A DNA stretch of 64,000 nucleotides from Raja brachyura (Eukaryota). The first letter of the stretch is position 1, and each line of letters begins with the position of its first letter. Below the pieces are notes generated by a model, which saw nothing but the letters and a program-made list of their open reading frames with translations, was not told the DNA's origin and did not search any database. The stretch lies in NCBI GenBank assembly GCA_963514005.1, contig OY740792.1, forward strand, positions 36,642,001 through 36,706,000, given 5' to 3'. A program made the position numbers and the translations under genes. Below are positions 12,606 through 26,010 of the stretch, piece after piece.

Positions 12606-13421
12606 CAAAGCATTGTCTGTCCATTTGCCTCCACAGATGCTACCCGACATGCTGAGTTTTTTGGCTTTATGTACTTGCTGTGTCCATTGCGACAATTAAG
12701 TTTCCTTTATTACAACAGTGTGCAGACTTCCAAAGTACTGTCATTGCCTAAGTTTGTGAAATTCCAAAGATAAACACAAAGTGCTGGAGTAACTCAGCAG
12801 GTCAGGCAACATCCCTGGAGAATAAGGATAGGTGGCATTTCCGGTTGGAACCATTATTGTATAAATATGTTTTAATTATTATAATTATTATTTGTTAATA
12901 TTTTATTATAATATTTTATTATTAATATCTTTACTTAATCATGCTGTGAAATGCTATTTTATTTTTCTTTAAAAGAAACGTTTGTCAAATATCCTTTTAA
13001 ATGAAAATGTTTCTTTCAAAGAGAAGAGAGAACAGGATTTTATTTTAATTTAATCCGCAGCAGATTTAGCACACAGCTCATGCTCATCAAGCGGTGCCCT
13101 TCAGCATACACTTCACTGCACTATTACAAAGATCTCGCAAGCAGGATGTGGAAACAAAGGGTGTTGGTCGAGCAAGATTACAACAGAGGCTGCTCAGACA
13201 GCTATAATTTTCTGTGACATATCTGAGCAACTTTTATACCCATTACATGAATGGAAAAAAACCCAGAAAACTTTCCGCTCTGAAACTGAACGCATACTTG
13301 GCAGCCGCGGTTAAATAAAGGGGAAAAGTTCACAATGCTTCAACAATGCATTCTCAATCCAAGCTCAGAAAGTCACTCACTGTATCAGTTTATTTCCGTA
13401 CAACTAAAAAGGGTGATTGTA

Positions 13422-13660
13422 AAGGGTACAAAGTGCTGGAGTAACTCAGCGGGTCAGGCAGCACCTCTGGAGAACATGATAAGGATAAGGATAGGTGGCC
13501 ACAGATAGTTGGCTGATTATGGACATCAGTCTGAGGAGGGGTCCCGACCGACACGTCACATATCCATGTTCTCCAGGGAAGGTGCCTGACCCACTGAGTT
13601 ACTCCAGCACTTTGGGTCCTTTTGTACAAACCAGTAAATGCAGTTCCTTGTTTCTACATT
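13422..13660. mobile_element. Inverted Penelope pLTR pair
   Basis: caaagtgctggagtaactcagcgggtcaggca...catg / catgttctccag...gagttactccagcacttt; degenerate hammerhead at ~13528-13560. Confidence 0.8.
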
Positions 13661-14039
13661 TGAAAGACGACTGTATCAGCTTTCTATATAACATTGAAGT
13701 TTGATTAAAGATGTTTTTATAGTCAGGAAATGTGTGAAAGTTATTGAGAAGGGGAAGTTTTATTGCCATTCCATGACAGCGTAAGAATGCACTGGTGACC
13801 TGCCTCTTGAAGCATTGGATTCCTCAATTTATGAATGCTTAATTTACATTTTTTTAAACCATTATGCTTATTGTTTATACCATGTTTTTGATTTATGAAC
13901 CTATTTTTGCAATAAAATAGTGCCCCAGTCTCCAACCATAGAATACATTGCCTGTCAACTCGCTGTTTCTATTATTGTCTTAATAAATCACATACCCCTA
14001 GATTTATCCCTTTGATAAATCATGTACACTGCATGGCCA

Positions 14040-14292
14040 CAGGTGCTGTCTGTATGGAGTTTGCACGTTCTCCCTATGGCCGCGTGGGATTCCTCAGGGT
14101 GCTCTAATTACCTCCCACATTCCAAGGACGTATGCATGTGTAGGTTAATTGGCATCTGTAAATTGTCCCGAGTGTGTAGGATGCGAAAGTGTGACAGCAG
14201 AGAACTAGTGTGAACGTGTGATTGATGGTCGGCGTGGAGTCAGTGGGCCAAAGGACCTGTTTCCATGCTGTATCTCAAAACTAAACTAAACT
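14040..14292 (+). mobile_element. HE1-type SINE (5'-truncated)
   Basis: ggtgctgtctgtatggagtttgcacgttctccc core and aaactaaactaaac tail. Confidence 0.85.
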
Positions 14293-14789
14293 ACTCTCCT
14301 ATTATCCTAATTTCCTGTCCGGAAGGAGGAGCAACACATTTTTAATGACTATTCACCGTAGTTGATTTTGGCACACTGTTCAACTGCAGAAAGCAGTCCA
14401 ACGAGAGGAAGGTGTGTTTATATGCAGTGCAAGGTTCAACCATGTCATTAGAAAGATCAACAGTGTAGATGCCCCGGGGGTATTTCCTCTGGTTTAGGGG
14501 TCTGGAACTGGGTGGTCACAGTCTCATTATAAGGGGGTAGAAGACTATTTATGGTTGCAAAGAGGATAAATGTTTTAAGTTTAGATTTAATATTGTCATG
14601 TGTACCGTGAAAGTATACAGTATACAGTACAGGCATAGGTGCAGTGAAAGGTTTTGCATGCTATCCAAATAGATCAGTTATATCGTACATAAATGCAATC
14701 AAGTCACACTCAATAAAAGGGGAACATGTAGAGCGCAAAATATAGTTCTCAGCATTTAGACTTTAGACTTTACAGGTACAGCACGAAAA

Positions 14790-15165
14790 CAAGCCAGAGG
14801 TTCAGGGGAAACCTGATAGAAGAATATAAAATTAAGAGAGGCAAAGTAGGGTAGACAGGCAGAACCCCTTTTCCAGGCTGGAAATGTCAAAGACTAGTTT
14901 TAAAATGAGACAGTCAAAATTTAAAGGAGATATGCGGGGTAAGTTTTTTACACAGAGTGGTTGGTGTCAAGAACTCTCTGCCAGAGATGGTGGTGGAGGC
15001 AGATATGCTGGTGGCATTTAAGAGATTTTTAAAATAGGCATGTGGATATGCAGAGAATGAAAGGATACAGATCTTGTGCAGGCAGAGGAGATTAATCTAT
15101 CATGTTCGGCACAAGCATTGTGAGCCGAGGGGCCTGTTGCTGTGCTTTATGTTCCATTCTATGTG
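14790..15165 (+). mobile_element. CR1/HER1-like LINE 3' fragment (old)
   Basis: gaaacctgatagaag..., ttttttacacagagtggttggtg, ggggcctgttgctgtgct tail. Confidence 0.7.
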
Positions 15166-15873
15166 TGTAGATGTGTAGAAGATAGCTGATGTGGATGTGC
15201 AGAAAATAAGAAAAAAAGCATTAGTTTAGAATTGGTATAATACTGGATACTTAATTATCAGCATGGTCCAAAGTGCCAGTTTCCTTCTGTATCCCGCAAC
15301 CTAGCATCATCCACGATCGCATTGAATGGTGAACTGGGTTTGAAGGCTTAATGGTTGATTCCTTTCCTATCTCTTAAACTTTTAGCAATATCTTTATTTC
15401 AATAGGATACATGCATCAATGGGTTCATTAATAACATAAAATAACATGTTAACTATCCAAATTGGACATCCTGGTTTAGATCTGCAGATTCCATGGTCAG
15501 AAAAGATCGGCTAGATTGCTTACCTAGTCATGCAGTTGACTAGCCTCAGCTGCACCTCCTTTTGCCATATTACATAAACATACTTTGATTTAAAACATCA
15601 GAATTGCATATTTCTGCTTTTAAAAGAGAACTTTTAATCTCTTATTTCATCTCCAGACCAATTAAAGTGCCTCGTAGTTATGCTTCACATTGTGATTCAA
15701 GTATTAAGAGAGGTATTTTCCTGTTCAATGGTTTTATAATAGTTCTAATTTGATTTTGAAAAGATAAGCCATGCATGATTTGCTCTTGGTATTTGTGTTA
15801 CTGTCATCGTTTAGCGTTAGAATTTACCCTGCAGTTTCAGCAGTGTAGTAGAACGATTAGAAACAAGGAACTG

Positions 15874-16074
15874 CTAAAGACAGACACAAAGTGCTGGAGT
15901 AACTCAGCAGGTCAGACCGCATCTCTGAAGAAAAGGGATGGGTGACGTTTTAGGGTCGGGATCCTTCTTCATACACTGGAAAAAGATCCCGACCCGAAAC
16001 ATCGCCCATTCTTTTTTCTCCAGAGATGCTGCCTGACCCGCGGAGATACTCCAGCACTTTGTGTCTATCTTTAG
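15874..16074. mobile_element. Inverted Penelope pLTR pair (~200-bp palindrome)
   Basis: ctaaagacagacacaaagtgctggagt... / ...actccagcactttgtgtctatctttag. Confidence 0.85.
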
Positions 16075-16399
16075 TAGTACTGGTATTGGATTTATAACTT
16101 TAAGGTTGTTAACTCAAAAATGGAAAAATGCATAAACCACTTCTGTAAATTCAAGAATTTAGAAGAGGCTGTCTGACTAGATGTTTATGAAAACTAACCC
16201 ACACTAGTTGATTAAGGATTTCCAAGGGAATGATCTGGCATACCTACCTGTTCCATGGAACTTAAGGTTTGCTGAGGTAACCTACCAACCACAGAGCTGT
16301 GCAAACAAGTGCTATATTAGTCAACTGGGGACAAGCAATAAATATCACTACGTAACAAATATCACTTCCAATGCCTTAAGAAGAAATTCAAAACATTGA

Positions 16400-16985
16400 T
16401 CAATCCTGAGCTACTATCTACCTCATCCGAGACCCTTGGACTCTCTTTGACTATCCTAATGCACTAAACATTATGCCCTTCACCATGTATCTGTACACTG
16501 TGGATGGCTCGATTGTAATCATGTATTGTCTTTCCGTTGACTGGTTAGCACGCAACAAAAGCTTGTACATGTAGCAATAAGCTAAACTAGACTCGGATAA
16601 CTCATTGTATTATAAAGCAGAAATAATTACATCTACACGGCCCCCTGTTATCAGAGAGTTAACAGCTCTTCCAATTATTAATGACTAGAAATTTAAAGTG
16701 TCGTCTTGTTTGATGACACTATGTACACTGCATACATCTTCCCCTGCTAAAGTGCAGTCCTGACTTCTGTAACTTACTGGAGACCTTTGAACCATCTTTA
16801 ACCGGACTTCAATGAAATATCTTTGTACTATATCTAAATGTTGGACCCTTTTTCCTTTGTCTGTGTACTGCGGTCGGCTTGGTTGTATTCGTGCATAGTT
16901 ATTTCTTTGACTGGATAGCAGGCAAACAGAAGATTTTCACTGTATCTTGGTACACGTGACAATAATAAACCAAACTAAACTATTT
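16400..16985 (+). mobile_element. Two Rex1/Babar- or L2-like LINE 3' UTR fragments (~16400-16590, ~16770-16985)
   Basis: Shared ctgtacactgtgga...gactgg.tagca.gcaacaa...gtgacaataa..aaactaaac; further copies at ~25200-25420 and ~30470-30695. Family assignment inferred. Confidence 0.55.
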
Positions 16986-17294
16986 ATCACATGCAAAAGA
17001 AGTGGGCCTAAATGTCTAAAATAAAAGATGAGGATTATGCTCTGGTGGAATTTGATTGACTGCTGTGCGAAGAAAGGCAGAAAAGTGTGTTGCGGGATCC
17101 CTGTCTACAACAAACCATGGGATATGTTTGCTCCATCAGAGATTCAAAAGTTTCTTTGCAATGTTGGGCTGTTCTGAATGGAGAAAACGAGTTGGTAAAC
17201 CTAAATGTACATTCCTGGCAGTGTGTGGACAAAGACCGTTTCAATGTTGCTGCATGACTTAGCATAACTTCAATAACAATCAAAATGTCTGATA

Positions 17295-17760
17295 CTCAAG
17301 GTTTAAGGTTCAAGGTTCAAGGTTAGTTTATTTGTCACATACACCAATTGGTGCAGTGAAATATATCTTGCCATGCAGCACATAAAATGAAGAATACAGA
17401 CATAACACTAATAAGGAGATTTAAACATAAAAAAAACATCCCCCCACAATGGTTCCCATTATGAGGGAAGGCACAAAGTCCAGTCCCCAACCCATGTCCA
17501 CCCATAGTCAGGCTTATTGAGGCCTACATAGTCACCTTCATGGAGGCCCGATGTTCCAGGCCGTTCTCGCCGGGTGATGGTGCCCCGGTGTCGGGAGAAT
17601 CCTCTCAGCGGCTTGGGACACCCGGAATGGCCGCCTCCTACTGGAGTCCGCGGCTTCCGAAGCAGACAAGGCCGCGCTGAATGGAACTCCCCCACTGGCT
17701 TCCGATGTTGAAGTTTAGCACCGCCGCCCGCAGCTGGCCGCTCCACAGACACGCGGCGGG
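17295..17760 (-). mobile_element. LINE 3' UTR fragment (Rex1/L2-like), GC-rich body
   Basis: (caaggtt)n tail plus tttatttgtcacatac; related to 12135-12420. Confidence 0.5.
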
Positions 17761-18329
17761 ACATTGCTGATTTTTTCACTGGGAATCCTTCATCCTGACA
17801 GTTCCCACCCTCTACCACTACCAAAGTAACCATTTCATGAAGTGCAGCACCTTGCCAACAATGCCTCCTAAACTAGCAATTTCTAGCATCAAGAAGGACG
17901 TACAGAAGGTTCACATAAATACCACTGGCTACAGAAATCCGTGCAAAGCCCACTATGCCCTGACGTGGAAATGTATTGCAACATCACAGTTGGGTAATAA
18001 CCATAGCGAACCCTTTCTACCAGCAACATCTAGTGCAATTAGAGATGGGCATTAAATGTTAACTTTGCACCCAATTATACATCACAGTTATGGATTTGCT
18101 TTGTAACCTCTTCCTAGCAGTCCCTTGAGGTTCAGGATGACTTGTTTCTTCTTGGGTCAGGCACGGGCAAATTGGACTAATGCAGATCTTGGTTGACATG
18201 GGCAAGTTGGCCCAAAGGGCCTGTTTCCGTAAGACTCTATGACTCGACCCGAGTTTTGTAGGTTCTGAAGTGGCTGCAGAGGTCACTGATAGAGCAAGTG
18301 GAGCCTGGAGAGATGAGTAAGTGGTTGGA

Positions 18330-18640
18330 GATTTGATGTGCATCACCTGCTGTTTGCACCAAGCTTCTATGTACTGCCATGGTAAAAACCTGAGGCGATC
18401 AATACCTTCCTTGCTTGGCTTCCTCCATTTTGAGCAATTATGAACATGATATGTTTGTGAAGGAATTCTGATAATGTCCTTGAAACATTTTCTCTGTGCT
18501 CCTAGAAACCCCTTGCCTTCGTAGATCTCACGCTAGGGTGAATGTTTTGGTAATGTGGCATCAGGCGTGCAGATAGTTTGTACACTGGAGTTAGTTAAGA
18601 ATGATAAGGCTTTGATGTTGGTCTGAGAGTAGATGCAGAT
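18330..18640 (-). mobile_element. Degenerate RTE-clade LINE remnant
   Basis: Minus-strand translation resembles the RTE C-terminus (LSQTNI..., GAQRKCFKD, SKWRK). Confidence 0.4.
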
Positions 18641-18822
18641 TGGGAAATTGCGAGCAGTTTTGCAGGGCCCATTTACAGGAAGGAGGTGGAGTCTTTGTAG
18701 AAGGCGCAAGTTTACCAGAATACTGCCTGGAGTAGAGGGGTATTACCTATAAAGAGAGTTTAGACAAACTTGGATTGTTTTCTCTGGAATGCCTAGAGTT
18801 GTGGTGACACCTGATAGAACTA

Positions 18823-19056
18823 CAGGCATCTTGCGTTTTACATGGGGGCTATGTTCTCAAAAAGCAGCGTATAATTCAAAAGCGCATAAATTAAACATGT
18901 AAGTTTAAACAGGCATAAATATGAGCACATCTAAACATTTAAGCAGGCACAAATTTGAGCCTGTTATTTAAAAAATACACACGTAAATTAGGTTTTCGTA
19001 TTAAGCTCGATTTCTAAAACGCATGCGTCAAACACTCGTAAATCACAAGATGTCTA
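18823..19056. mobile_element. Tc1/mariner-superfamily (pogo/Tigger-like) MITE with TA TSD, inserted in a CR1 fragment
   Basis: TA|caggcatcttgcgttttac ... gtaaatcacaagatgtcta|TA; flanks rejoin as CR1 ctgatagaa-cta-taaaattatgag. Confidence 0.75.
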
Positions 19057-19386
19057 TATAAAATTATGAGGCATTGATGTGTTGCCATTGAGTAAGGATT
19101 GTGAAATATGTCATTCTAGATATTTCCTCATTTACAAAATATGTTTCATTGTAATTGGAATGTGTTCTCAATTCATTTGCAATTTTGTTTTTTACCAGAT
19201 CTGCAATCTCGCCACCAGATCTCCCATGGGGTGAATCAGAAAATGCATGTACATTTTCTAGTTTTCTGGACAAATACCAGCTTAACAATCTCATTGCACT
19301 CAATCAGTTGTCCTATAACAAACGCCAAAGTCAAAACATGAGACCAAAAAGCCTTTAAACTAAAATGGATGTCCGTTGATTGATTT

Positions 19387-19607
19387 AGAAACATAGAAAC
19401 ATAGAAAATAGGGTGCAGGAGGAGGCCATTTGGCCCTTCGAGCCAGCACCGCCATTCATTGTGATCAAGGCTGATCATCCCCAATCATTAATCCGTGCTT
19501 GCCTTCTCCCCATATCCCTTGACTAGCCCCTAGAGCTCTATCTAACTCCCTCTTAAATCCATCCAGTGATTTGGCCTCCACTGCCCTCTGTGCAGGCCAA
19601 ATTCCAT
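19387..19607 (-). mobile_element. CR1-type LINE 3' end with (agaaacat)n tail
   Basis: agaaacatagaaacatagaaaatagggtgcaggaggaggccatttggccc. Confidence 0.85.
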
Positions 19608-20119
19608 TTATATTCCATTGAGGTAATCAAAAGTTGCAACAAAGGGCTAAACACTTACAAAATTATTATTGATTTTGTTGTCAAAACTCAAAACCGAGGA
19701 CTGAATTTGAACTGCATAGCTATTAAGCAACACTATTAACAGAAAATCTGGCATCTAATCTCGAAATTATGCTATATTTGAAGGGCTAATTATATCAAAA
19801 GTAGTTCCGCTTGCATCTGTGAAAAAAACAAGTTAAAACTTTAAGCCATGCACTTTTTGATAAGAGGTCATTAACCTAGAATGTAAACTCTTGTTTCTTT
19901 CTCCCCTGAGCTACCTGATATGTTGAATATTTAGAGCACCTTCTGTTTTTTTTCTCAGAATCTATTGATATACAACATTTTGCTTTAGAATCTTATTTCA
20001 ATCTCATAAGTTTTCTTCCAGTCATTGCTGTTGGCCTACCTCTTGCAGTATTCCTTCCATAAGGATTAGGGTCTGGAGGCCTCAATAGTAGTTGCCCCCA
20101 ATATGGCAATGGGAAAGAG

Positions 20120-20625
20120 GAGGCACAAGGTACTACAGATGCTGGAATCTTAAACAAAACACAAAATGCTGGTAGAACTCAGCAGGTCAACTGTGGAGAG
20201 AATGACCAGGCAAAGTTTCAGGTCGGGATCCTTTAGTGAGTCTGAATCTGCACCTCAAACAGAAACGTCATCTGTCTATTCCCTCCACAAATGCTGCCTG
20301 ACCTGCTGAGCTCCTCCAGCAGAGAGATGCAAAAAGCTAAAGTAACTCAGCGGGACAGGCATCTTCTCTGGTGAGGAATGGGTGACATTTCGGGTCGAGA
20401 ACTGAAAGTCAGGGGAAAGGGAAATGAGAGATATTGACGATGATGTAGAGATATATAGAACAATGAATTAAAGATATGCAAAAAAGTAACGATGATAAAG
20501 GAAACAACCGTTTCGGGTGAGAACGAGAAGCTGGTGTGATGGGTGGGGGAGGGAATGCAGGGGTTACTTGAAGTTAGAGAAATCAATATTCATATTCATA
20601 TTGAGTTCCTCCAGCAGTTTGTTAA
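20120..20625. mobile_element. Cluster of Penelope pLTR units plus a minus-strand Penelope 3' remnant (~20330-20600)
   Basis: Inverted pair 20120-20320; then pLTR, purine-rich UTR and ttacttgaagttagagaaatcaatattcat (MNIDFSNFK* on minus). Confidence 0.7.
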
Positions 20626-21014
20626 TTATTCTCACGTGCCCTATTCATCTGTAGTTCATCTGTCTGGCATCATTTCTGAGACTCTAATTTCCTGCATATT
20701 TAATCCTAAAAACACTATATAAGGCACTGGTAAAGACTTAGAATAACGTATATAACATATATAATGTAGAATAATGTAGGGAAGTTATGAGCTGAGATTT
20801 ATTTTCCACTTCTATTTTATAAATATGTCTCTTGCCTGTAATGGAGTAAAGATTTTTTCTTTATCGAAATAAGATTTTGTCTCTGTCACCATCTGCACTG
20901 AACTAAGTTATGGCGGGTTCATTCCCATATATCTTAAATAAAATATTGGGAATATTGAAGAGAGAGGCAATAGGTTGGCATTTTGAGTAAACGGTCTTTA
21001 ATTGTGGGCATCAA

Positions 21015-21325
21015 AATGATGTAGCTGGTAGAGCTGCAGCCTCATGGCGCTGGAGACCCAGAACCGATCCTGACCTCGGGTGCTGTTTGTGTGGAGTTTG
21101 CATGTTCTCCCTGTGATGGCGTGGGTTTCGTCCCGGTGCTCTGATTTCCTGCCACATCCCAAAGATGTGTGGGTGTGTAGGTTACTTGGACTCTGTAAAT
21201 TGTCCCTCACGTGTCAGGAGTGGATGAGAAGGTGGGAAACATAGAACTAGTGTGAACGGGTGATCGATGGTCGGCATGGATTCGGTGGGCTGAAGGGCCT
21301 GTTTCCATGCTGTTATCTCTAAGAC
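21015..21325 (+). mobile_element. HE1-type SINE
   Basis: Full head-core-tail structure. Confidence 0.85.
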
Positions 21326-22404
21326 AAAAATTGGAAATAATTCTTTCTAGTTATTACTTCATTCTCCAGGGCTAACATAATTGTATATCTAGTGTCATCT
21401 CATCATGCCTGAGGCTTCAGAATCTTATCAACCCTGTTCTGAATGGGGAAACCTTTCAAAATATACTTTTCCACATAAAAAACAGAATAAGTGAAAGATT
21501 CTCTTTGAAATGAAAACATAGCATCAGGTTCCAAATGATCAATAAACGCAAAAGATGAATGGGATATTTGTTGAACATGGTGCTATCCTTCACCTGAAAG
21601 TGTTAATTTTTTCATGATAAATGTCAAGTTTGTAAATAAAACACCCAAATGTATTTGCCCTTTGTATTTGTTTCTATAAACAAAATACAATTTACATTTG
21701 CGGGTGAAGAACAAAATGGCACATCAACCATTCCTGTCAGTCTAAACCACTTACACTGTAACGCAGAAAACATAAATGAATGGTGAGTTCTTATCTATTG
21801 CAAAGAAACATTTAAGGTTTTGTTTTATTTTATTTTCACGGGGACTGAGTTTATTGGACACGTCTTCCTGCTGCAGAAAATGCAAACTGACATGAATACC
21901 AGCGAGCAAATCAACTGAAAATCTATCAGATTAACATATTTTGCAGCTCAGGTTAAGAAGGTGCTTATGATGGGAAGATTCAGTAATGCAGGGTTCTCAA
22001 TTCTTGGCTAGTTGCTTACCGGAATAGGATTTTATACCACCCACATGCGGCTTTTTGCTCTCAGTAATTTTCTCCTTTTCTCGTAGCTTTAAAAAGCTGC
22101 TGATGTACTTTTCCTGTGTTATTAAAACTGCAGCCTACCATGTGATGTCAGTTAATTGCGAATGATGACACTGCAATTGTGGTTCCAGTCTGCAAGAAAT
22201 AAATAATGCATGTTTCTCAATGAATTATCATTCAGTTCATGTCTCTACCTGAGTCCATCAGATGTAATTTAATATTAGCATGGTCTGAACTCTAGGCGGA
22301 AGTCACAAGAAAGGTCCCGACCCAAAACATTATCTATCCATGTTCTCCAGAGATACTGCCTGGCCCACTGAGATACTCGAGCACTTCGTGTCATTTTCTG
22401 AACT

Positions 22405-22690
22405 TTAGGCAGCAGTGTTGCAACTGTCTCTGTGCCAGAGACCAGGGTTCGATCCTGACCTCAGATGCTGCTTGTGTGGTTTGCATGTTCTCCCTGTGAT
22501 CGCATGGGTTTCCTCCAGGTGCTCTTTTTTCCTCCCACATCCCAAAGGCATGCGGGTTTGTAGGTTAATTTGCCCTAACGTAGGCAGTGGATGAGAAAGT
22601 GGGATAACATAGAACTTGTGTGAATGGGTGATCGATGGTTGGTGTGGATTCAGTGGGCCGACGGGTTTCCATGTTGTATTGTTCAATCGA
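22405..22690 (+). mobile_element. HE1-type SINE (preceded by a pLTR unit at ~22305-22395)
   Basis: gccagagaccagggttcgatcctgacctc (B-box-like) and core. Confidence 0.8.
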
Positions 22691-23228
22691 AACTCAGTTC
22701 TTGCAGGGTCATCCCTGCTTTCCTGCCTTCTCCACAGCTGCACCACTTCCATTCATCTCGGCGGTGCAGAAGATCTATATCCCACAATAAGTGCTATGTG
22801 CTGACAATTACTATGGCATCGAAACACATCCTGTTGTAGTTCCTCCAACAGTTTGTTTTTTTGTTGTTACTGAAGTTGTACATTTTTAACATCAGCTGAA
22901 ACAAAAACAGAAAATACTGGAAACATTGCAGACCAGGCAGCACCCTTGGAAGGAAAAAGAGTTAAAGTTTGTGTTTGTCCTTTTAATCTGATGCAAGGAT
23001 ATCAGTCTGGAATATTCTCTCTGTTTCTCTCTGTGGAGATGCTTCCTGAGTACTTGCAGCATTTGCAGCTTTTACTTCACATTTCCATCAACCACAGTAT
23101 TTTGCTTTCTAGTTTAAGTAAAATGTTGTGGCTTTTCTTTCTTTTGCTCTTCTCTATTTTGTCTGCCCATATAGACATTTCTTTCTACTGATATTAGTAA
23201 TTTCTTAGTTGTCTCCACCAATTTCCAT

Positions 23229-23555
23229 TGGCGACACAGTCGCACAGCTGTTGGAGCCACTGCCTCATAGCGCCAGAGACCTGGGTTCGATCCTAACCTC
23301 GGGTGCTGCCCGTGTGCAGTTCGCACTTTCTCCGTGTGACCACGTCAGTTTTCTCCGGAGCTTCCGGTTTCCTCCCATGTCCCAAAGAAGTGTGGGTTTG
23401 CAGGTTAATTGGCCTCTAAAATAATTTTCCCTTGTGTGTAGGGAGTGAATGAGAAAGTGGGATAATGTGGAACTAGTGTGCGGGTGATCAATGGTCAGTG
23501 TGGATTTGGTCGATGGGAGAGCCTGTTTCCATGCTGTATCTCTAAATTAAACTAA
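23229..23555 (+). mobile_element. HE1-type SINE
   Basis: Head with gggttcgatcct B box, core, tail. Confidence 0.85.
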
Positions 23556-24019
23556 AATAATCTAAACATTGCCTGCCTCCCTTCCCCACCTTCAACTCCA
23601 AGTTATTGGCAGATGCAACCAATCCGTATTGTGACTCACTTTTGCCAACTTGTCAAGTTTTTACCCACAGCTTGGGGCCTTTTGTTCGTTCATTTATCAA
23701 AAGCATATTTAGAAGTCTATTTGATGGAGAGTGCCACAGTTCAGCTGAGTTATGGATTTCTCACCAACATGTTCAAAAGCCCTGAGTAGGAAGGCCCCTT
23801 CCTATCATCCACACCACCCCACCCCTAAATGACCAAATTAAAAAGCATGTAAAACACAAGGCCCTGGAAAAATACATGTTTTGCACATTTTCGCCATGAT
23901 AAAAAGTACACGTTTTTGCCTGTTGCAAAACTGGTCAAACTGCAATTCCCTGATGAAATCCCTGTTTTCTCCAGGTACCTTGGTCATACCAGTCTTCTTG
24001 AATCCATTTTACCAGTTGG

Positions 24020-24325
24020 TTTAGTTTAGTTTAGTTTAGAAATACATCATGGAAACAGACCTTATGGCCCAGTGAGCCTGCACCAACCAATGATCACCCA
24101 TACACTAGTTCTATTCTACACACTGGGGACGATTTACAGAAGCCATTTAACCTACAAATTTGTATGTCTTTGGAGTGTGGGAGTAAACCAGAGCACCCGG
24201 AGAAAACCCATGCGGTCATAGGGAGAACAAACAAACTCCATACAGCCAGCACCTGTAGTCGGAATTGAACCTGGGTCTCTGGCGCTGCAAGGCAGCAACT
24301 CTACCGCCGCACCACTGTGCCGCCC
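24020..24325 (-). mobile_element. HE1-type SINE
   Basis: (tttag)n tail on + strand; head at ~24325. Confidence 0.85.
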
Positions 24326-25699
24326 ATGTTGCAAGTTATCTATTTCTAAACCTTTCTGAAAACCATATTATCCTGATACTGACATCATATTCACCCCTCA
24401 AAGTGTGGAATGATTACCAGAAAACCTTTAAGCCGGCTCAAATCTCCAATATATTCCACTGCATTTGGAAATCAAAAATGTAAATGCCGTCAAAATAATA
24501 CTCCTCATGTAATTCAAAAACCTTCTTCCAAATAATCATTTCTTATTAAATGCTTAGAAAATGGCTTGATTTAAGAGAGGTAGAGGTTATGGTTTGTGAT
24601 TGCTATCAGAAGCACCTGTTGAGGGCCTTAGGCGTGACTATTTGTGTCCAAAATATCCCTGCAAGCTGCTGCCTCTGGAATGGGAATTGGTTGCACGGTG
24701 AACAAAACTGTGAAATATGGTTCAAAGGTTGATTATTGTCACATATGCACGGCACAGAGACATTTTGATGCCATTTACAAAAGAAAAATGATAAGGAAAA
24801 AGGAAAAAGTCCAAAGTGGGACTGTCATGCCGAATGTCATGCATGTCAGTCCACATGCCAGCCACGAATACAACCCCTGGCAGAAATTTAATGTGACTCC
24901 TTTGCAACATATATATCTTTGAGACATTCTCTAATCTGACAGTCTTTGCATTGTCATAAATTTAGATAGATTCTCCAGTAAACCAGCCTACGCATGCCTA
25001 TACCCAGGCTTAAAGCACCACCCACTGGACAGATGGAGCAAAGCAGTTTGTTGTGAAAGAAAAGTGTTTCTTCCAGTTAAATAACTCCACATCCATAGAT
25101 CCAGTTTCTGAGACTAATACCGAAGAATATTTCATCAATAAAGATTTTGTTCATCTCATCTTTGGCAGGAGCAATTCTACTTGGATGGTAAGTGGTCCTG
25201 AGCAACCATCTACCTCATTCAAGACCGTCAGACTCTCTTTAATTGGACTTTACTGGATTTTTATCTTGCACTAAACATTATTCCCTCCCTCCTGCATCTG
25301 TACACTGTGGACGACTTGATTGTAATCATATATAGTCTTTCCGCTGACTGGATAGCACGCAACAAGAAAGCTTTTCACTGTACCTCGGTACATGTAACAG
25401 GAATAAACTAAATTACTAAACTGAGTGAGTGTGTAGAATACATAGGGCAGTGGGAGATCTAACCCATTTTGAAGATGGAGCTATTTAAATGTTATTTCTC
25501 TGTGACCAGTTTGGTCTCAGATCCTTATCCCAGCATAGTTTCTGGCCAGGAAACTGTGATCAGACGTCTATCTCCATTGTTAAGTAAAGACATAATTGGA
25601 GTCAGGCAGACATTTTGCTACCTGCACAGATTAAAGTTGGAAAATAATAAGATTATAAATTGGGGTTTCACTTCTGTTTGGGTTTAACTTCGGTCATAA

Positions 25700-26010
25700 G
25701 ACATTCATTTATTTAATTTCTCATTTTTATCATAATTATCTCTCCCTTTTGTCTCCTTTGTTATTTACTCCATGCATTTGCCGATCCAACCCTCCTCACC
25801 TGTATCCAACCACCTATTATTTGCCAGTCTTTACCCCCAAGCCCCCACCTCTCTTTCAGCTTTCTCCCCCCATTACAACCAGTCTGAACAAGTGTCCCGA
25901 CCCAAAATGTCACCTGTCCATTTCCTCCACAGATCCTGCCTGACCTGCTGAGTTCCTCCATCACGTTGTGTCCTGCTCAGGGTTCCAGCATCTGCAGTTC
26001 CTTGTGTCTT
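25700..26010 (+). mobile_element. Penelope 3' UTR plus pLTR remnant
   Basis: Pyrimidine-rich UTR then accagtctgaacaagtgtcccgacccaaaatgtcacc...gcagttccttgtgtct. Confidence 0.65.

Noticed and set aside
21900-22280. Repeat-free stretches that might be conserved non-coding elements (also ~13040-13380, ~26350-27250)
   Set aside because: Conservation cannot be judged without alignments; nothing diagnostic in the sequence alone.
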